Positions 38,631 through 49,819 are shown, counted from the first letter of the stretch. The stretch: DNA of 64,000 nucleotides from Opitutaceae bacterium (GCA_036824825.1 DAISZL010000003.1:14626-78625); one strand, 5' to 3'. The notes: generated by a model not told the origin, from the letters alone. Numbers and translations: made by a program.

Positions 38631-39265
38631 TTTTCACCCTCCCCTTTAACATCAGCCACAGGACGGGCTTCAGGATAATCATAGGTGGTATTCAAACTTA
38701 AGAGATAAGAAACGAGTTCTTTAGCACGTTCTGTAGGAATTACTTCAAAGCCAGCATGCGGTCTTTGTCTTCCAGTTAATTTAAGTGCATCAGCAGATGG
38801 CTCACCTTGAATCTTATGGGTTTCGAATAAAAACGCATAAGAAGGCATTGCGCCGTGACCGTGATATAATAATCCCATCAAATCTTCTTGGTCAGGTGCA
38901 CTTGGTTTACGACCAGCTAAATTAGTAAGATCTTGGCCAAGTCGTGATTCACCTAGTTGAACACTCTTTTGATAAATATAATCACGGGCTACACTTTGAC
39001 GCTCACCCCAACCACGATCTTGATCAGAACCAAAGCCTGGACGGCGAACTTGTTGGGTATGACAGGAAGCACAACCCAAGTCTTTGTAAACAAGAGCTCC
39101 CTGCGCTGCTAGTCCTGATGGACGAGCAGGATATGTTGCGCTGTCAGTATCGTCATAATATCCAGCGAGAGAACCCAACTGGGCATTTGATGCGACTACG
39201 ATACCAAGCCAGGAAATACCTAGCGCAGCAACGAGACCTAGAAAAAATAAAGAACCATTCTTCAT
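38627..39265 (-). CDS. CcoO-like monohaem cytochrome c (cbb3 oxidase subunit II family)
   Basis: 212 aa with an N-terminal TM, then GALVYKDLGCASCHTQQVRR, YQKSVQLGESRLGQDLTNLAG and AMPSYAFLFE. By eye these track the FixO/CcoO motifs (EGCxxCHSQ, YDxPxxWGSKRTGPDL, MPxYxxL). Confidence 0.75.
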   Translation of the reverse strand: MKNGSLFFLGLVAALGISWLGIVVASNAQLGSLAGYYDDTDSATYPARPSGLAAQGALVYKDLGCASCHTQQVRRPGFGSDQDRGWGERQSVARDYIYQKSVQLGESRLGQDLTNLAGRKPSAPDQEDLMGLLYHGHGAMPSYAFLFETHKIQGEPSADALKLTGRQRPHAGFEVIPTERAKELVSYLLSLNTTYDYPEARPVADVKGEGEK

Positions 39266-40674
39266 GAGGTTACAGCTCCTTTCTTTGTCGAATCACTTGT
39301 GCAACAGCAGCATGTGATCGTTGTTTTAAGAAAGTTAACAGCGAGTAAAATGCTGCTCGTTAAAAGGAGTAAATTACCTGCAGATGCTACAAGTAGGTAT
39401 GGCTTCATTTGCACAGAAATATCTGAGAAGTTTACCTTAGCATTCGCGAGAGCATTGCCTTGTACTAAACCTGCCGAAGCGAGACTTAATACAACAATAA
39501 GAATACCAACAGCCGATAAAACAAATTGTCCTTTAATTAAAGCACCTGATGACCAAGCACTACCCTTTAAGCGAGGTACTGCGAAATAAAGTGCTCCAAA
39601 TAACATCATCGATGCACCACCGTAGAGCGCTAATTGTTTTTGAGCTTCTTCGTATACGGTAAACTGAGTGATTGCAGCATAAGCGCGCATAGAAGTAAGC
39701 GCATCAACAAATCCACCAGCGACATAACAAATAAGTCCAATGGCTACAAAACTGAGAGATACCGAGCCACCTTTGAGCGAGGGACGAAGGTTTAAGAAAA
39801 CGATAATGTAGTGAAACGTTAAAGTAACCGTCATCACAATAGCGACTGAGGATATCCAAGCTGGAATCGGTCCGCCTATTAAATGACGAGCACCAGTAAA
39901 TCCACCGACAACGAGTAACGTCCAAAAACCTAAGGCTGCGGTATCATAACCAGGCAGTACCTTACCGCTTAAACGAGGCACAACGTAGTAGGCTGCTGCA
40001 AGAGCGAGTGGAGCAATCCAAAGTGTCCATAGACCTTGTGCATACCAGCCACCAACAATCGCCTGTAAAACACCGCGCACAGGAGCTACCTCAAGCATGA
40101 TGTAGGCAACAGAGAGTAACCATGGAAATAAAAATAGTGCTGCAATCGCATACCACTGAGAAGCGTACATCATCTCACGGCGACGTCCTGTCCAAGCGAG
40201 TAAACCAGCAACTGCTATTGCACCATAAGCAATAATCATCAGTGGCTGTACATATCCAGGCAGCTGATACATGGATATTGAAGTTAAATCACCTAAGGCT
40301 AATCCGCATACTGCAACTAAAACAGCGATATTCCAGAATATGCCTCCAACAAGCACCCAATTACCACCGCGTAATTTTTCGCCTGATAAACGGGCTAAAA
40401 TCCATACCGCTAAGCCTAAGCCAGCATTACCTAACCAACCGTAGATAAATGAAGTCTCTGCCATAGCATGTGTACGTCCATAGGAGAACACAGGACATTC
40501 AGCCAAAAATTGAGGCGTGTGCAGTTGAATCGAAGTAATCAGAGTTAACAAACCACTTACTACGAGCCATAGGATAGATGAGCCTAGGAGGTAGAGTAAG
40601 GGTGTACGCCCTGATACATCAGCTGGAGTTTGATCAGCTGAATCTGCACGAGAGGTTGTCGATGCGAAGGTCAT
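39262..40674 (-). CDS. CcoN-like haem-copper oxidase subunit I homologue lacking the canonical haem/CuB histidine ligands
   Basis: 470 aa, about 12 TM, with CcoN anchors GGWYAQGLW..AYYVVPR, FWTLL..GARHLIGGP and QFTVYEEAQKQLALYGG..FGALYFAVP. There are only four His in the whole protein (details in findings). It ends with ..TITCCCCTSDSTKKGAVTS. Confidence 0.7.
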   Translation of the reverse strand: MTFASTTSRADSADQTPADVSGRTPLLYLLGSSILWLVVSGLLTLITSIQLHTPQFLAECPVFSYGRTHAMAETSFIYGWLGNAGLGLAVWILARLSGEKLRGGNWVLVGGIFWNIAVLVAVCGLALGDLTSISMYQLPGYVQPLMIIAYGAIAVAGLLAWTGRRREMMYASQWYAIAALFLFPWLLSVAYIMLEVAPVRGVLQAIVGGWYAQGLWTLWIAPLALAAAYYVVPRLSGKVLPGYDTAALGFWTLLVVGGFTGARHLIGGPIPAWISSVAIVMTVTLTFHYIIVFLNLRPSLKGGSVSLSFVAIGLICYVAGGFVDALTSMRAYAAITQFTVYEEAQKQLALYGGASMMLFGALYFAVPRLKGSAWSSGALIKGQFVLSAVGILIVVLSLASAGLVQGNALANAKVNFSDISVQMKPYLLVASAGNLLLLTSSILLAVNFLKTTITCCCCTSDSTKKGAVTS

Positions 40675-41015
40675 TTCGATGAATTGGAAGCGTTCGTTTC
40701 GTTAACGTAGAGTTCCATCGCTTTTTCGATTGGAAGTTGTACAGAGCCTTTTGACTTATCGATCCAAGCATAGCTTGTAGACTGTTTTGCTTGTTTATCT
40801 TTAAGCTCAGTCAAATAAGCACGGCGAGCTTCTGGTGTAGCCTTCCATGCAAGCTCTTTAGCTAATTTTTCAGCAGCTACATTTTGTGGAGCTGGTGGAA
40901 TATGTGATAAGTAAACCCAGCGAGTGAGAATACAGAATACAGAAAGGCCTAGTGCTACAGCGATAAGCGCTGACCACGAAACAGGACGTGCGGGGATTGA
41001 AGATGAATCACTCAT
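40671..41015 (-). CDS. small single-pass membrane protein, ACIII/oxidase-associated, unknown function
   Basis: 114 aa with one TM (WSALIAVALGLSVFCILTRWVYL) and a soluble tail containing YAWIDKSKGSVQLPIEKAMELYV. It overlaps actF by 8 nt and the CcoN-like gene by 4 nt. Confidence 0.6.
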   Translation of the reverse strand: MSDSSSIPARPVSWSALIAVALGLSVFCILTRWVYLSHIPPAPQNVAAEKLAKELAWKATPEARRAYLTELKDKQAKQSTSYAWIDKSKGSVQLPIEKAMELYVNETNASNSSK

Positions 41016-42252
41016 GGAATGTTAAGGATTCAGAAATACGAGGATCTCTAATTGGAATGATTTTTGTCGTTGGAAAACTCTTTAAGTAAGACCAAACGCA
41101 AATACCACCAATACCGATAGTTGATGTAAGTGCCCAAACTAAACCGAGTGAGAAGAATGGGAGTGGATTACCTGCGGAATCTTTAACTGCAGGAAGTATG
41201 TTCCAGCAAAGATCTATAAAGATAACACCAAGAATCCAAAGAGCGATACGACGAATTGGAGCTTTGTTAACTTTGCGAGAATAAGAAAGAAGCAGTAAGA
41301 AAGGTACTAAGAAGTGACCAAATACAAGTACTAAGCCTACTCCCCACCAATCACCGTATTCACGTAAGTTATACCAGAATGTTTCTTCTGGAACGTTAGC
41401 ATTCCATATGAGGAAGTATTGAGAGAAACTGATGTATGCCCAGAAAACGGTAAAAGCGAACATCATCTTACCAACACTATGCCAGTGATCGGTATGAAGA
41501 ATTCCTTTTAAATCTCCACGGTTATAGAGCCAAACCATGATTAAAATCGTGCAGGAATAGGCACCACGCATACAGTTAGCGAAATACCAAACTCCGTACA
41601 TGGTTGAGAACCAGTGATACTCTAAACTCTTAATCCAGTATACAGCAGCGAATGTTAAGGTTAATCCAACAAGTGGAATACCGAAACCAGCTGTCGTACG
41701 ATTCATCTTAGTCCACTTTGCATCACCATCCACGTCTTGCGTGAAAGAAGCTTTGCGTAGACGGCATGCGATCCACATCCAAACAACAAAGAATACAAGT
41801 GAGAAGATCGTGAAAGCATTAAGGCTTAAGAATGAAGACTTCTTTGCATAGATAATATCCTTAGCAACCGTCTTTCCTTCACCCTCTAATATGTGACTTG
41901 GATTCATCCAAGGCCAGATCGTATCCTTAGCTCCAAACCATGTTACGAGTAAGAGCGGTAAGAATAAAATGAATAGCCACTTGAATGCGCTAACTGCGTG
42001 CTCAAATTGACGACGTACAGCAGTAGACCACTGAGCATCAAATACGTGATGGATTAATATAAGAAGTAGAAAACCAATCGCGATTGCACACCAGTAAGAA
42101 ATACCCACGAGCCAGCTTGTAGCTACAATGTGAACCGGTGAAACAAGTAAACCCAAAGCCGTGAAAGCAATACCTGCTAGTCCGATTGTGAGTGCTTTAC
42201 CAGAGGCTGGAGCCCCTGCTGAATGTGAAGAAGTGACCTCGTGGTTACTCAT
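41008..42252 (-). CDS. actF: alternative complex III subunit ActF (NrfD/PsrC-like membrane subunit)
   Basis: 414 aa, about 10 TM. It is a paralogue-like partner of ActC and sits after actE, as in described act clusters. Confidence 0.8.
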   Translation of the reverse strand: MSNHEVTSSHSAGAPASGKALTIGLAGIAFTALGLLVSPVHIVATSWLVGISYWCAIAIGFLLLILIHHVFDAQWSTAVRRQFEHAVSAFKWLFILFLPLLLVTWFGAKDTIWPWMNPSHILEGEGKTVAKDIIYAKKSSFLSLNAFTIFSLVFFVVWMWIACRLRKASFTQDVDGDAKWTKMNRTTAGFGIPLVGLTLTFAAVYWIKSLEYHWFSTMYGVWYFANCMRGAYSCTILIMVWLYNRGDLKGILHTDHWHSVGKMMFAFTVFWAYISFSQYFLIWNANVPEETFWYNLREYGDWWGVGLVLVFGHFLVPFLLLLSYSRKVNKAPIRRIALWILGVIFIDLCWNILPAVKDSAGNPLPFFSLGLVWALTSTIGIGGICVWSYLKSFPTTKIIPIRDPRISESLTFHE

Positions 42253-42896
42253 TTGCTAAGCTCCATTTTGACTTGCGCAGGCACGTCGTTAATTGTTCCG
42301 AGCTGTGCGCGCTGTAAGGATCTTACATACGCAACAATTGCCCAACGATCTTTAGGTTCGATCTTATCTGCGTAACCACTCATCTGATACGCAGGGCCTT
42401 TACCATTCGTGATTACATCAAAAATGTCCCCTTCTGGTAATTGGCGAATACGATCATCATGATAGCTAGGTGTTGCACCCATGCCGTAACGTTTAGTTAC
42501 TCCATTGCCATCACCTACATTACCGTGACAAGGAGCACAGTAAATTGTGTAACGCTCTTTACCGCGTTGTACAAAAGCGAGATCGACTTTGATTGAAGCT
42601 GGATAACCACGAACCCAAGAACCGTCCTGTGATTTTCCTAAGTATAAAGCTGAATCATCTTCCGTGAATGGTTGGCTGTGAGCTACAACACCTGATGGTG
42701 GTAGACGATCAGCTCTGCCATCCGAAAAGAAAGCGAATTCACCTTGTGTACGTACCTTTGATGTGAACTTCATTCCTGGGAATAAAGTATCTGGAAATAC
42801 ATCAATTGGAGATTTCGTGAAGTATCCACCTCTTAGTCCTAAAATGGACAGAGTCAGAACAACAACGAATGCAGTGATTAAATATACGTTACGCAT
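42249..42896 (-). CDS. actE: alternative complex III subunit ActE (monohaem cytochrome c)
   Basis: 215 aa with an N-terminal anchor and a single CAPCHGNVGDGNG haem site. Confidence 0.82.
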   Translation of the reverse strand: MRNVYLITAFVVVLTLSILGLRGGYFTKSPIDVFPDTLFPGMKFTSKVRTQGEFAFFSDGRADRLPPSGVVAHSQPFTEDDSALYLGKSQDGSWVRGYPASIKVDLAFVQRGKERYTIYCAPCHGNVGDGNGVTKRYGMGATPSYHDDRIRQLPEGDIFDVITNGKGPAYQMSGYADKIEPKDRWAIVAYVRSLQRAQLGTINDVPAQVKMELSK

Positions 42897-42901
42897 GGTG
42901 C

Positions 42902-43437
42902 TCAGGCTTCGAGTTCAGCGATTTCTAGTCCGCCTGCCTCAGCTAAGAGGGCACGGGTGTTAGTAGCATCAAAACGAGGATCACTTGTCTCGATGACGAT
43001 AAAGAATGAATCGTCCGTAGCTCTATGTATCTTGTCGTACTTTAAGACAGGATGATAAAGCAAGGTGAGTTTGTTTAAGAAAAACATTCCACCAATGGTA
43101 GCAAAAGCTGTGAACAGAATGGTCAATTCGTAGGACACAGGGAATGCAAATAAAGGACTGAATAAAGGCTTACCACCTACAATTAATTTGTAGTCGTAAG
43201 CATTCATCCACCAGATCATGGACATACCGGTACAGAAACCAGTGATGCCTCCGGTGAGTGAGAAGCGAGGAACGATTGAGCGCTTAACTCCCATCGCGGT
43301 GTCTAAACCGTGAATAGGCATTGGTGTTAAGCAGTCCCAATTTTTGTAGCCCGCATCGCGAACTTTTTCAGCCGCGTGGTATAAATCACCAGGCGTATTG
43401 AAACGAGCAATTAGACCGTAGGGTTGTTCAGCCATGG

Positions 43438-43441
<4 letters not shown>
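42902..43441 (-). CDS. actD: alternative complex III subunit ActD (DUF3341)
   Basis: 179 aa with [25 protein letters not shown] at the N-terminus and two TM segments, as in ActD. Confidence 0.82.
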
Positions 43442-44864
<1,423 letters not shown>

Positions 44865-44865
<1 letters not shown>

Positions 44866-47800
44866 TAGCTCTTAGCCTCCTTCTTTTCTGATCCAGCTGA
44901 TTTTTCAGCTGATCCCTCACTCTTGATATCGTGTTCGATACGGCTGAGTGGGAGTGATTTGTAATCAGGCATACGTGGATTTGGATTACGTAAACGTGCG
45001 AGATAAGTCGTACGAGGACGTGTATTCAAATAGCCTAAAAGTGCATAATCTTGCTCGCGTGATTTTGCGATTGATACCGCACTCTTTGGATCGAGAAGAT
45101 TTCCGAATACGATGGATTGAGTTGGGCAAGCCTGTTGGCAAGCGCTATTAATCATTCCATCTGGTACAGCAACATCACCTGGACGGCCTTCGCGTGTAGC
45201 TTGGACCTTCCACTGAATCTTGCCGTTTTCAATACGTTGAACGCAGTAAGTACATTTCTCCATCACACCGCGCATACGGATTGTGACTTCAGGATTCTTA
45301 GCCATCTGAACGAGCTCAGGCATACCGTGCTCGCCGAGTGGTCCCATGTACAAACTATCAAGTTTCTTATCGTTCCAATCGAAATAATTGAAGCGACGAA
45401 CTTTATATGGACAATTGTTTGCGCAGTAACGGGTACCAACGCAGCGGTTGTATGCCATGACATTTAAACCTTCATCGTCATGAACCGTTGCATTAACAGG
45501 ACATACCATTTCGCACGGAGCGAGTTCACACTGCATACAACCAATCGGTTGTAATGAAACTTGTGGATCCTCTGGAATTTCGTGATTACCAGCGCCACCG
45601 AAAGCGGCACCGTCGATTTTTCCGTCAGAATAATAACGATCTAAACGAATCCAGTGCATCGAACGACCACGGATTGTTTGATCACGGCCAACGATCGGAA
45701 TATTGTTCTCAGACTGACATGCAACAACGCATGCGTTACATCCGATACAGGTATTAAGATCGATGCTCATACCCCATTGATGTACGCCATCAAAGGTAGG
45801 AGTTTTATAAAGTGAGTTACCACGAGGGATTTCAGAGTTACGCTGTGCAAGCGTCATCTTTTCGCCTTCTGGACCGATATCCGAAGGAGATTCTGATTCC
45901 ATACCAACTTCTTTTACAAAGCCTGGATTTTCACGGTATTCACTTAAGTTTGCTTCACGCACGAGATCACGGCCTTCCATGGACCAGTGTTCTTGTGTAT
46001 TAGCTAAAACTTGACGCTCACCTGTAAGTGTTAAGGTAGCACCCGTAGCAAATGCCATGGCATGAGATGCTCTGAGTGGATAAGCATTGAAACCAATATT
46101 ATCCCCTACTCGACCAGCATGTGTGCGGCCATGTCCAACCGGAATAACAATCGTGTAATCTGAAAGACCAGGTTGAATATGAAGAGGTCCGCGAATGGTA
46201 CGTCCATCGAGAGTAATCTCTGCGACTCGCGCCATCTGCTTACCTTTTTCAAACTCTTCTGTTTCGTCGCGAACAACTTGAAGAGCTGAACCTTTAGATG
46301 TGATACCAAGATCTTTAGCTAAACGTGGGCTAATCCAGATAGCATTATCCCAAGCAATTTTGGTGATTGGATCAGGACATTCTTGTAGCCAACCATTGTT
46401 AGCAAAACGACCATCATCAACTTTGCTATCAGCAGCGAAACGAACTTCTAAGTTTGTTTTTGATAGTGCTACATGCTTTGGAGCTTTAGCTACTAATTCA
46501 GCTAAACCTTCTCCGTTGTATTCAACAGGAACTCGTGGGTAAGAAGAATCAGCTAAAATACCATCGTGTAAGAAACGATCAAACGCTGTTGAAGAACCAT
46601 CGGTTAATTTACCAATCGTTGATTGAACAAGGACGTGTGAATCCGTTTCTGATTCACCTAAAATACGAGCGAGTACTTCGATTTCAGTTAATCCACCAAA
46701 AAGTGGGTTAATCATTGGCTGAATAGCAGCAATAGTACCATCAACCGTACGAGCATCACCCCAAGATTCTAAATAGTGAGCTTCAGCAATATTAACAGAA
46801 GCAAGTAATGCTGTCTCATCTAAGCGATAACCTAAGCGGATGACTTCGCCTACTGACTTTTGCGCATTTGCCCAAGCTAAGTCTGCTGGTGCATTAAAGA
46901 CAGGATTACCGCCTAAAATAACAAGCGAACTAACAGAGCCTTTAGCAATTGCAGCTGTAACGCTAGCAAGTGATTTCGCTTTGGTTTCTGCGACTTCTAA
47001 GAATTCTACAGTAGAACCAATATTACCTAGGGATGCGTTAATTGCATACGTAATTGCATGCACGGCTGCTGGAAGATGAGCTCCTGCAACAACTAAACCG
47101 CGACCTTTGTTATTGGATAAATCTGCAGCACACTCTTCGATCCAACCTGCTTTAATATCTAAACCTTGAGCAAGTTTATCGTAGGAAGAATCACCTGTTA
47201 TCTTAGCAGCTAGAGCTGCTGCAAAAGCCAACATGTGAGAACTTGCTAAGCGAAGGCGGTGATCTGCCATACTACCTGCAAGTGTGAAACTACTTTCAGC
47301 AACATACAGACGATTCATATCATCGTCTTTCGATGTTACACGGCGGCCTTTAGCAAATTCACGAGCGTAGAAAACGCTGCCTGCTTCTGATTGGAAGAAA
47401 TCGGAATCAATTGAAACAATACGCTTTGCTTTACCGAATTGATAAACAGGTTTTACCGATTTACCAAATACAGCTTGTGCTGCTTCAAGTGGTGCTTCGT
47501 CAGAGATTGGTTCGTATTCAGACCAAATTGCCTTCGGGAATTTCTTGTGCAATTCACGTACTAAACGAGCACGCGTTGGAGATGATGACTCTGTAGCAAC
47601 AAAAGCAAGACCTTCACCTTGATTTGCTGAATACTTTTCATTCAGTGATGAAAGAATTTGATTAACTGCAGCTGCATCAATCTTAGCACCATTTTGATAA
47701 TGGCCAGTTGTGCGATCAGGATCATAAAGATCAAGCAGTGAAGCTTGAGCTATAAGTGAAGTACCGCCGCCGTAAGGAGCATACGAAGGATTACCTTCGA

Positions 47801-48170
47801 TTTTTGTTGGGCGACCTTGGTGTGTTTCAGCTAAAACTGGAAACGCCGATTTACGTAGCGGCATTGCCGTTGCATAATAAATAGGTAAGCCCTGAATGTA
47901 GCCTTCAACTGATTTACCGAAAGGTAAAATGCGAGTTTCTGGACGGCGGCAACCTGCCATTCCAACGCCACCTAAGGCGAAGGAAGCAGCCATAATTTTT
48001 AGAAAATTACGGCGATCTACCCCATCGATGCTCGAAGCACCTTCGGGGAATTCACGCTCGAGTTGAGCTTGGAATCCAGGCGAGCCCTGAAGCTCGTCTA
48101 AACTACGCCAATAATTTGGGCCACTCAGCGCACGTGCGGAAGGGGCGGGATGTACGATTTTGCGTTTCAT
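44865..48170 (-). CDS. actB: alternative complex III subunit ActB (molybdopterin-oxidoreductase-like domain fused to 4Fe-4S ferredoxin domain)
   Basis: 1101 aa with the Tat signal [17 protein letters not shown] and a large MopB-like N-domain. The C-domain carries Cys clusters [31 protein letters not shown] and a KCTYC motif. Confidence 0.9.
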
Positions 48171-48820
48171 CGATGGCAGCCTGAACAGCTTTGAGGAGGA
48201 TTGACCTTCCAGTCATGGACAAATTTTTCACCCATCTTGCGCTGTTCAGCTTCGCTAGAAGCCTTCCAGTCAAGATTAGTTACTTGATCACGTGGGCGGA
48301 TATGTGCCGCAGGATCACGGTGACATTCTAAACAAAATCCCATGGTGAGGGACTTTGCTTCACCGACTACTTCCATCTGGTTGATTTGACCGTGACACTC
48401 TACGCAGCTTACGCCGCGTGCAATGTGAACGGAGTGATTAAAATAAACGAAATCTGGTACACGGTGAATTTGTACCCATGGTACAGGTGTGTTTGTTTCG
48501 TAGCTCTTACGAACAACTGCCAAGAGCGGACTATTTGGTTTAATAATCTTATGGCAGTTCATACAGGTCTGCGCTGTTGGCAGATTTGCGAAGCCAGATT
48601 TTTCAACGTTGCTATGGCAATAACGGCAATCAATGCCTAATTCGCCAACGTGCTTAGCATGGCTATAAGGTACGGGCTGAACTGGAGCGTAACCGACCCG
48701 AGTATACTTCGGAGTCATGTAGTAGGTAACGGCAGCAGTTGCTAAACCCGAAATAACAAACAGATAAATAATAATCTGTAGCGGGAGCCGGTTTACTGAT
48801 TTCGGGAAGTGCTTCGACAT
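48167..48820 (-). CDS. actA: alternative complex III subunit ActA (pentahaem cytochrome c)
   Basis: 217 aa with an N-terminal TM and five CxxCH sites (CRYCH, CMNCH, CVECH, CLECH, CSGCH). Confidence 0.88.
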   Translation of the reverse strand: MSKHFPKSVNRLPLQIIIYLFVISGLATAAVTYYMTPKYTRVGYAPVQPVPYSHAKHVGELGIDCRYCHSNVEKSGFANLPTAQTCMNCHKIIKPNSPLLAVVRKSYETNTPVPWVQIHRVPDFVYFNHSVHIARGVSCVECHGQINQMEVVGEAKSLTMGFCLECHRDPAAHIRPRDQVTNLDWKASSEAEQRKMGEKFVHDWKVNPPQSCSGCHR

Positions 48821-48876
48821 GATACAGGTTTCGTGTGTCGCTTGTTTCAGTGAGTTTGAGTCGTGTTAATCAATTA

Positions 48877-48899
48877 TTGCACAAGATTGCGCACAAGAT
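48877..48899. promoter_or_regulatory. tandem direct repeat TTGCACAAGAT / TGCGCACAAGAT upstream of actA (candidate regulator site)
   Basis: Two adjacent 11-12-nt copies lie 57-79 nt upstream of the actA start codon. Read on the coding (minus) strand they are ATCTTGTGCGCA ATCTTGTGCAA. Confidence 0.25.
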
Positions 48900-49117
48900 G
48901 CAGTGCATAATCTGTTTGTGGTTATTAAAGGATAGAACACGGCTAGAGAAAAGAGTGACAATTCAGATCCAAAACAATGGATCAACTAAGGTATTGTAAA
49001 CCAAAATTTAGTGAAGAAAGTGAAATGCCCACATCATTAGTAAGACCAACACCCTCAATCGCTTATTCTAATACCTAGAAGTTTTGCTTAAGTGGTAAAA
49101 AATAGCACAAAAAACGC

Positions 49118-49819
49118 TTACTCAACGAATAAGCCATCCCGCATAGGACGCCTTACGTCACACCGAGCTGCTATTTCTGGATTATGGGTCACTAAAATAA
49201 CCGCTTGGCCGTTTTCTTTAGCAAGTCGGGTTAAAAGGTCAAAAACGATGCCCGAATTTGTAACATCCAAGTTACCGGTAGGTTCATCAGCTAAGATAAT
49301 AGCAGGCTGATTAGCTAACGCTCTAGCAACTGCAACACGCTGCTGCTCACCGCCGGAAAGTTGAGTACCTAGTCGATGCGTTTTTTCCCCAAGTCCCACT
49401 GATTCAAGAAGTTGCGTAGCTCTAGCAACCATCTGATCCTGGGTTAATTTACCCAACTTACGCATAGGCATCATTACATTCTCTAAGGCTGTAAACTCAA
49501 GCATCAGAAAATGAAACTGAAAAACAAAGCCAATATGCTGACCACGAGCTAAAGTCCTCGCTGAATCTTCATCATTAGACATTAGCTTACCATCGATATA
49601 GATCTCACCTTGATCCGGCTTATCCAGAAGCCCTAATAAATAAAGAAGGGTCGATTTTCCACACCCCGAAGGCCCTACGATTGCGTAAACTTGACCGCGG
49701 CGAGCCTCAAAAGAGACGCCCTTTAGAACATGCACTCTCCCCTCACCCTGTCCTAAGTACCGGTGAAGTCCCTTACAACTTAAGACAATATCGCCTTGAT
49801 GAGCTTGGGTTATACTCAT
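49118..49819 (-). CDS. ABC transporter ATP-binding protein (MacB/LolD/DevA-type)
   Basis: 233 aa with Walker A GPSGCGKST, signature LSGGEQQR and Walker B ILADEPTGNLD. Confidence 0.92.
   Translation of the reverse strand: MSITQAHQGDIVLSCKGLHRYLGQGEGRVHVLKGVSFEARRGQVYAIVGPSGCGKSTLLYLLGLLDKPDQGEIYIDGKLMSNDEDSARTLARGQHIGFVFQFHFLMLEFTALENVMMPMRKLGKLTQDQMVARATQLLESVGLGEKTHRLGTQLSGGEQQRVAVARALANQPAIILADEPTGNLDVTNSGIVFDLLTRLAKENGQAVILVTHNPEIAARCDVRRPMRDGLFVE

Noticed and set aside
39262-40674. Explaining the missing histidines of the CcoN-like gene by a frameshift or sequencing error
   Set aside because: The frame is open for all 470 codons, and CcoN-like anchors appear before and after every substituted site in the same frame. 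The only alternative-frame ORF (39704..39925) has no oxidase motifs. The substitutions are therefore point replacements, not frame errors.
44948-47596. Cluster of 60-116-aa ORFs on both strands inside actB (e.g. 45117..45467, 46300..46542, 46840..47079)
   Set aside because: The 1101-aa ActB frame carries the Tat signal and all the Fe-S Cys clusters. The short ORFs are frame shadows.
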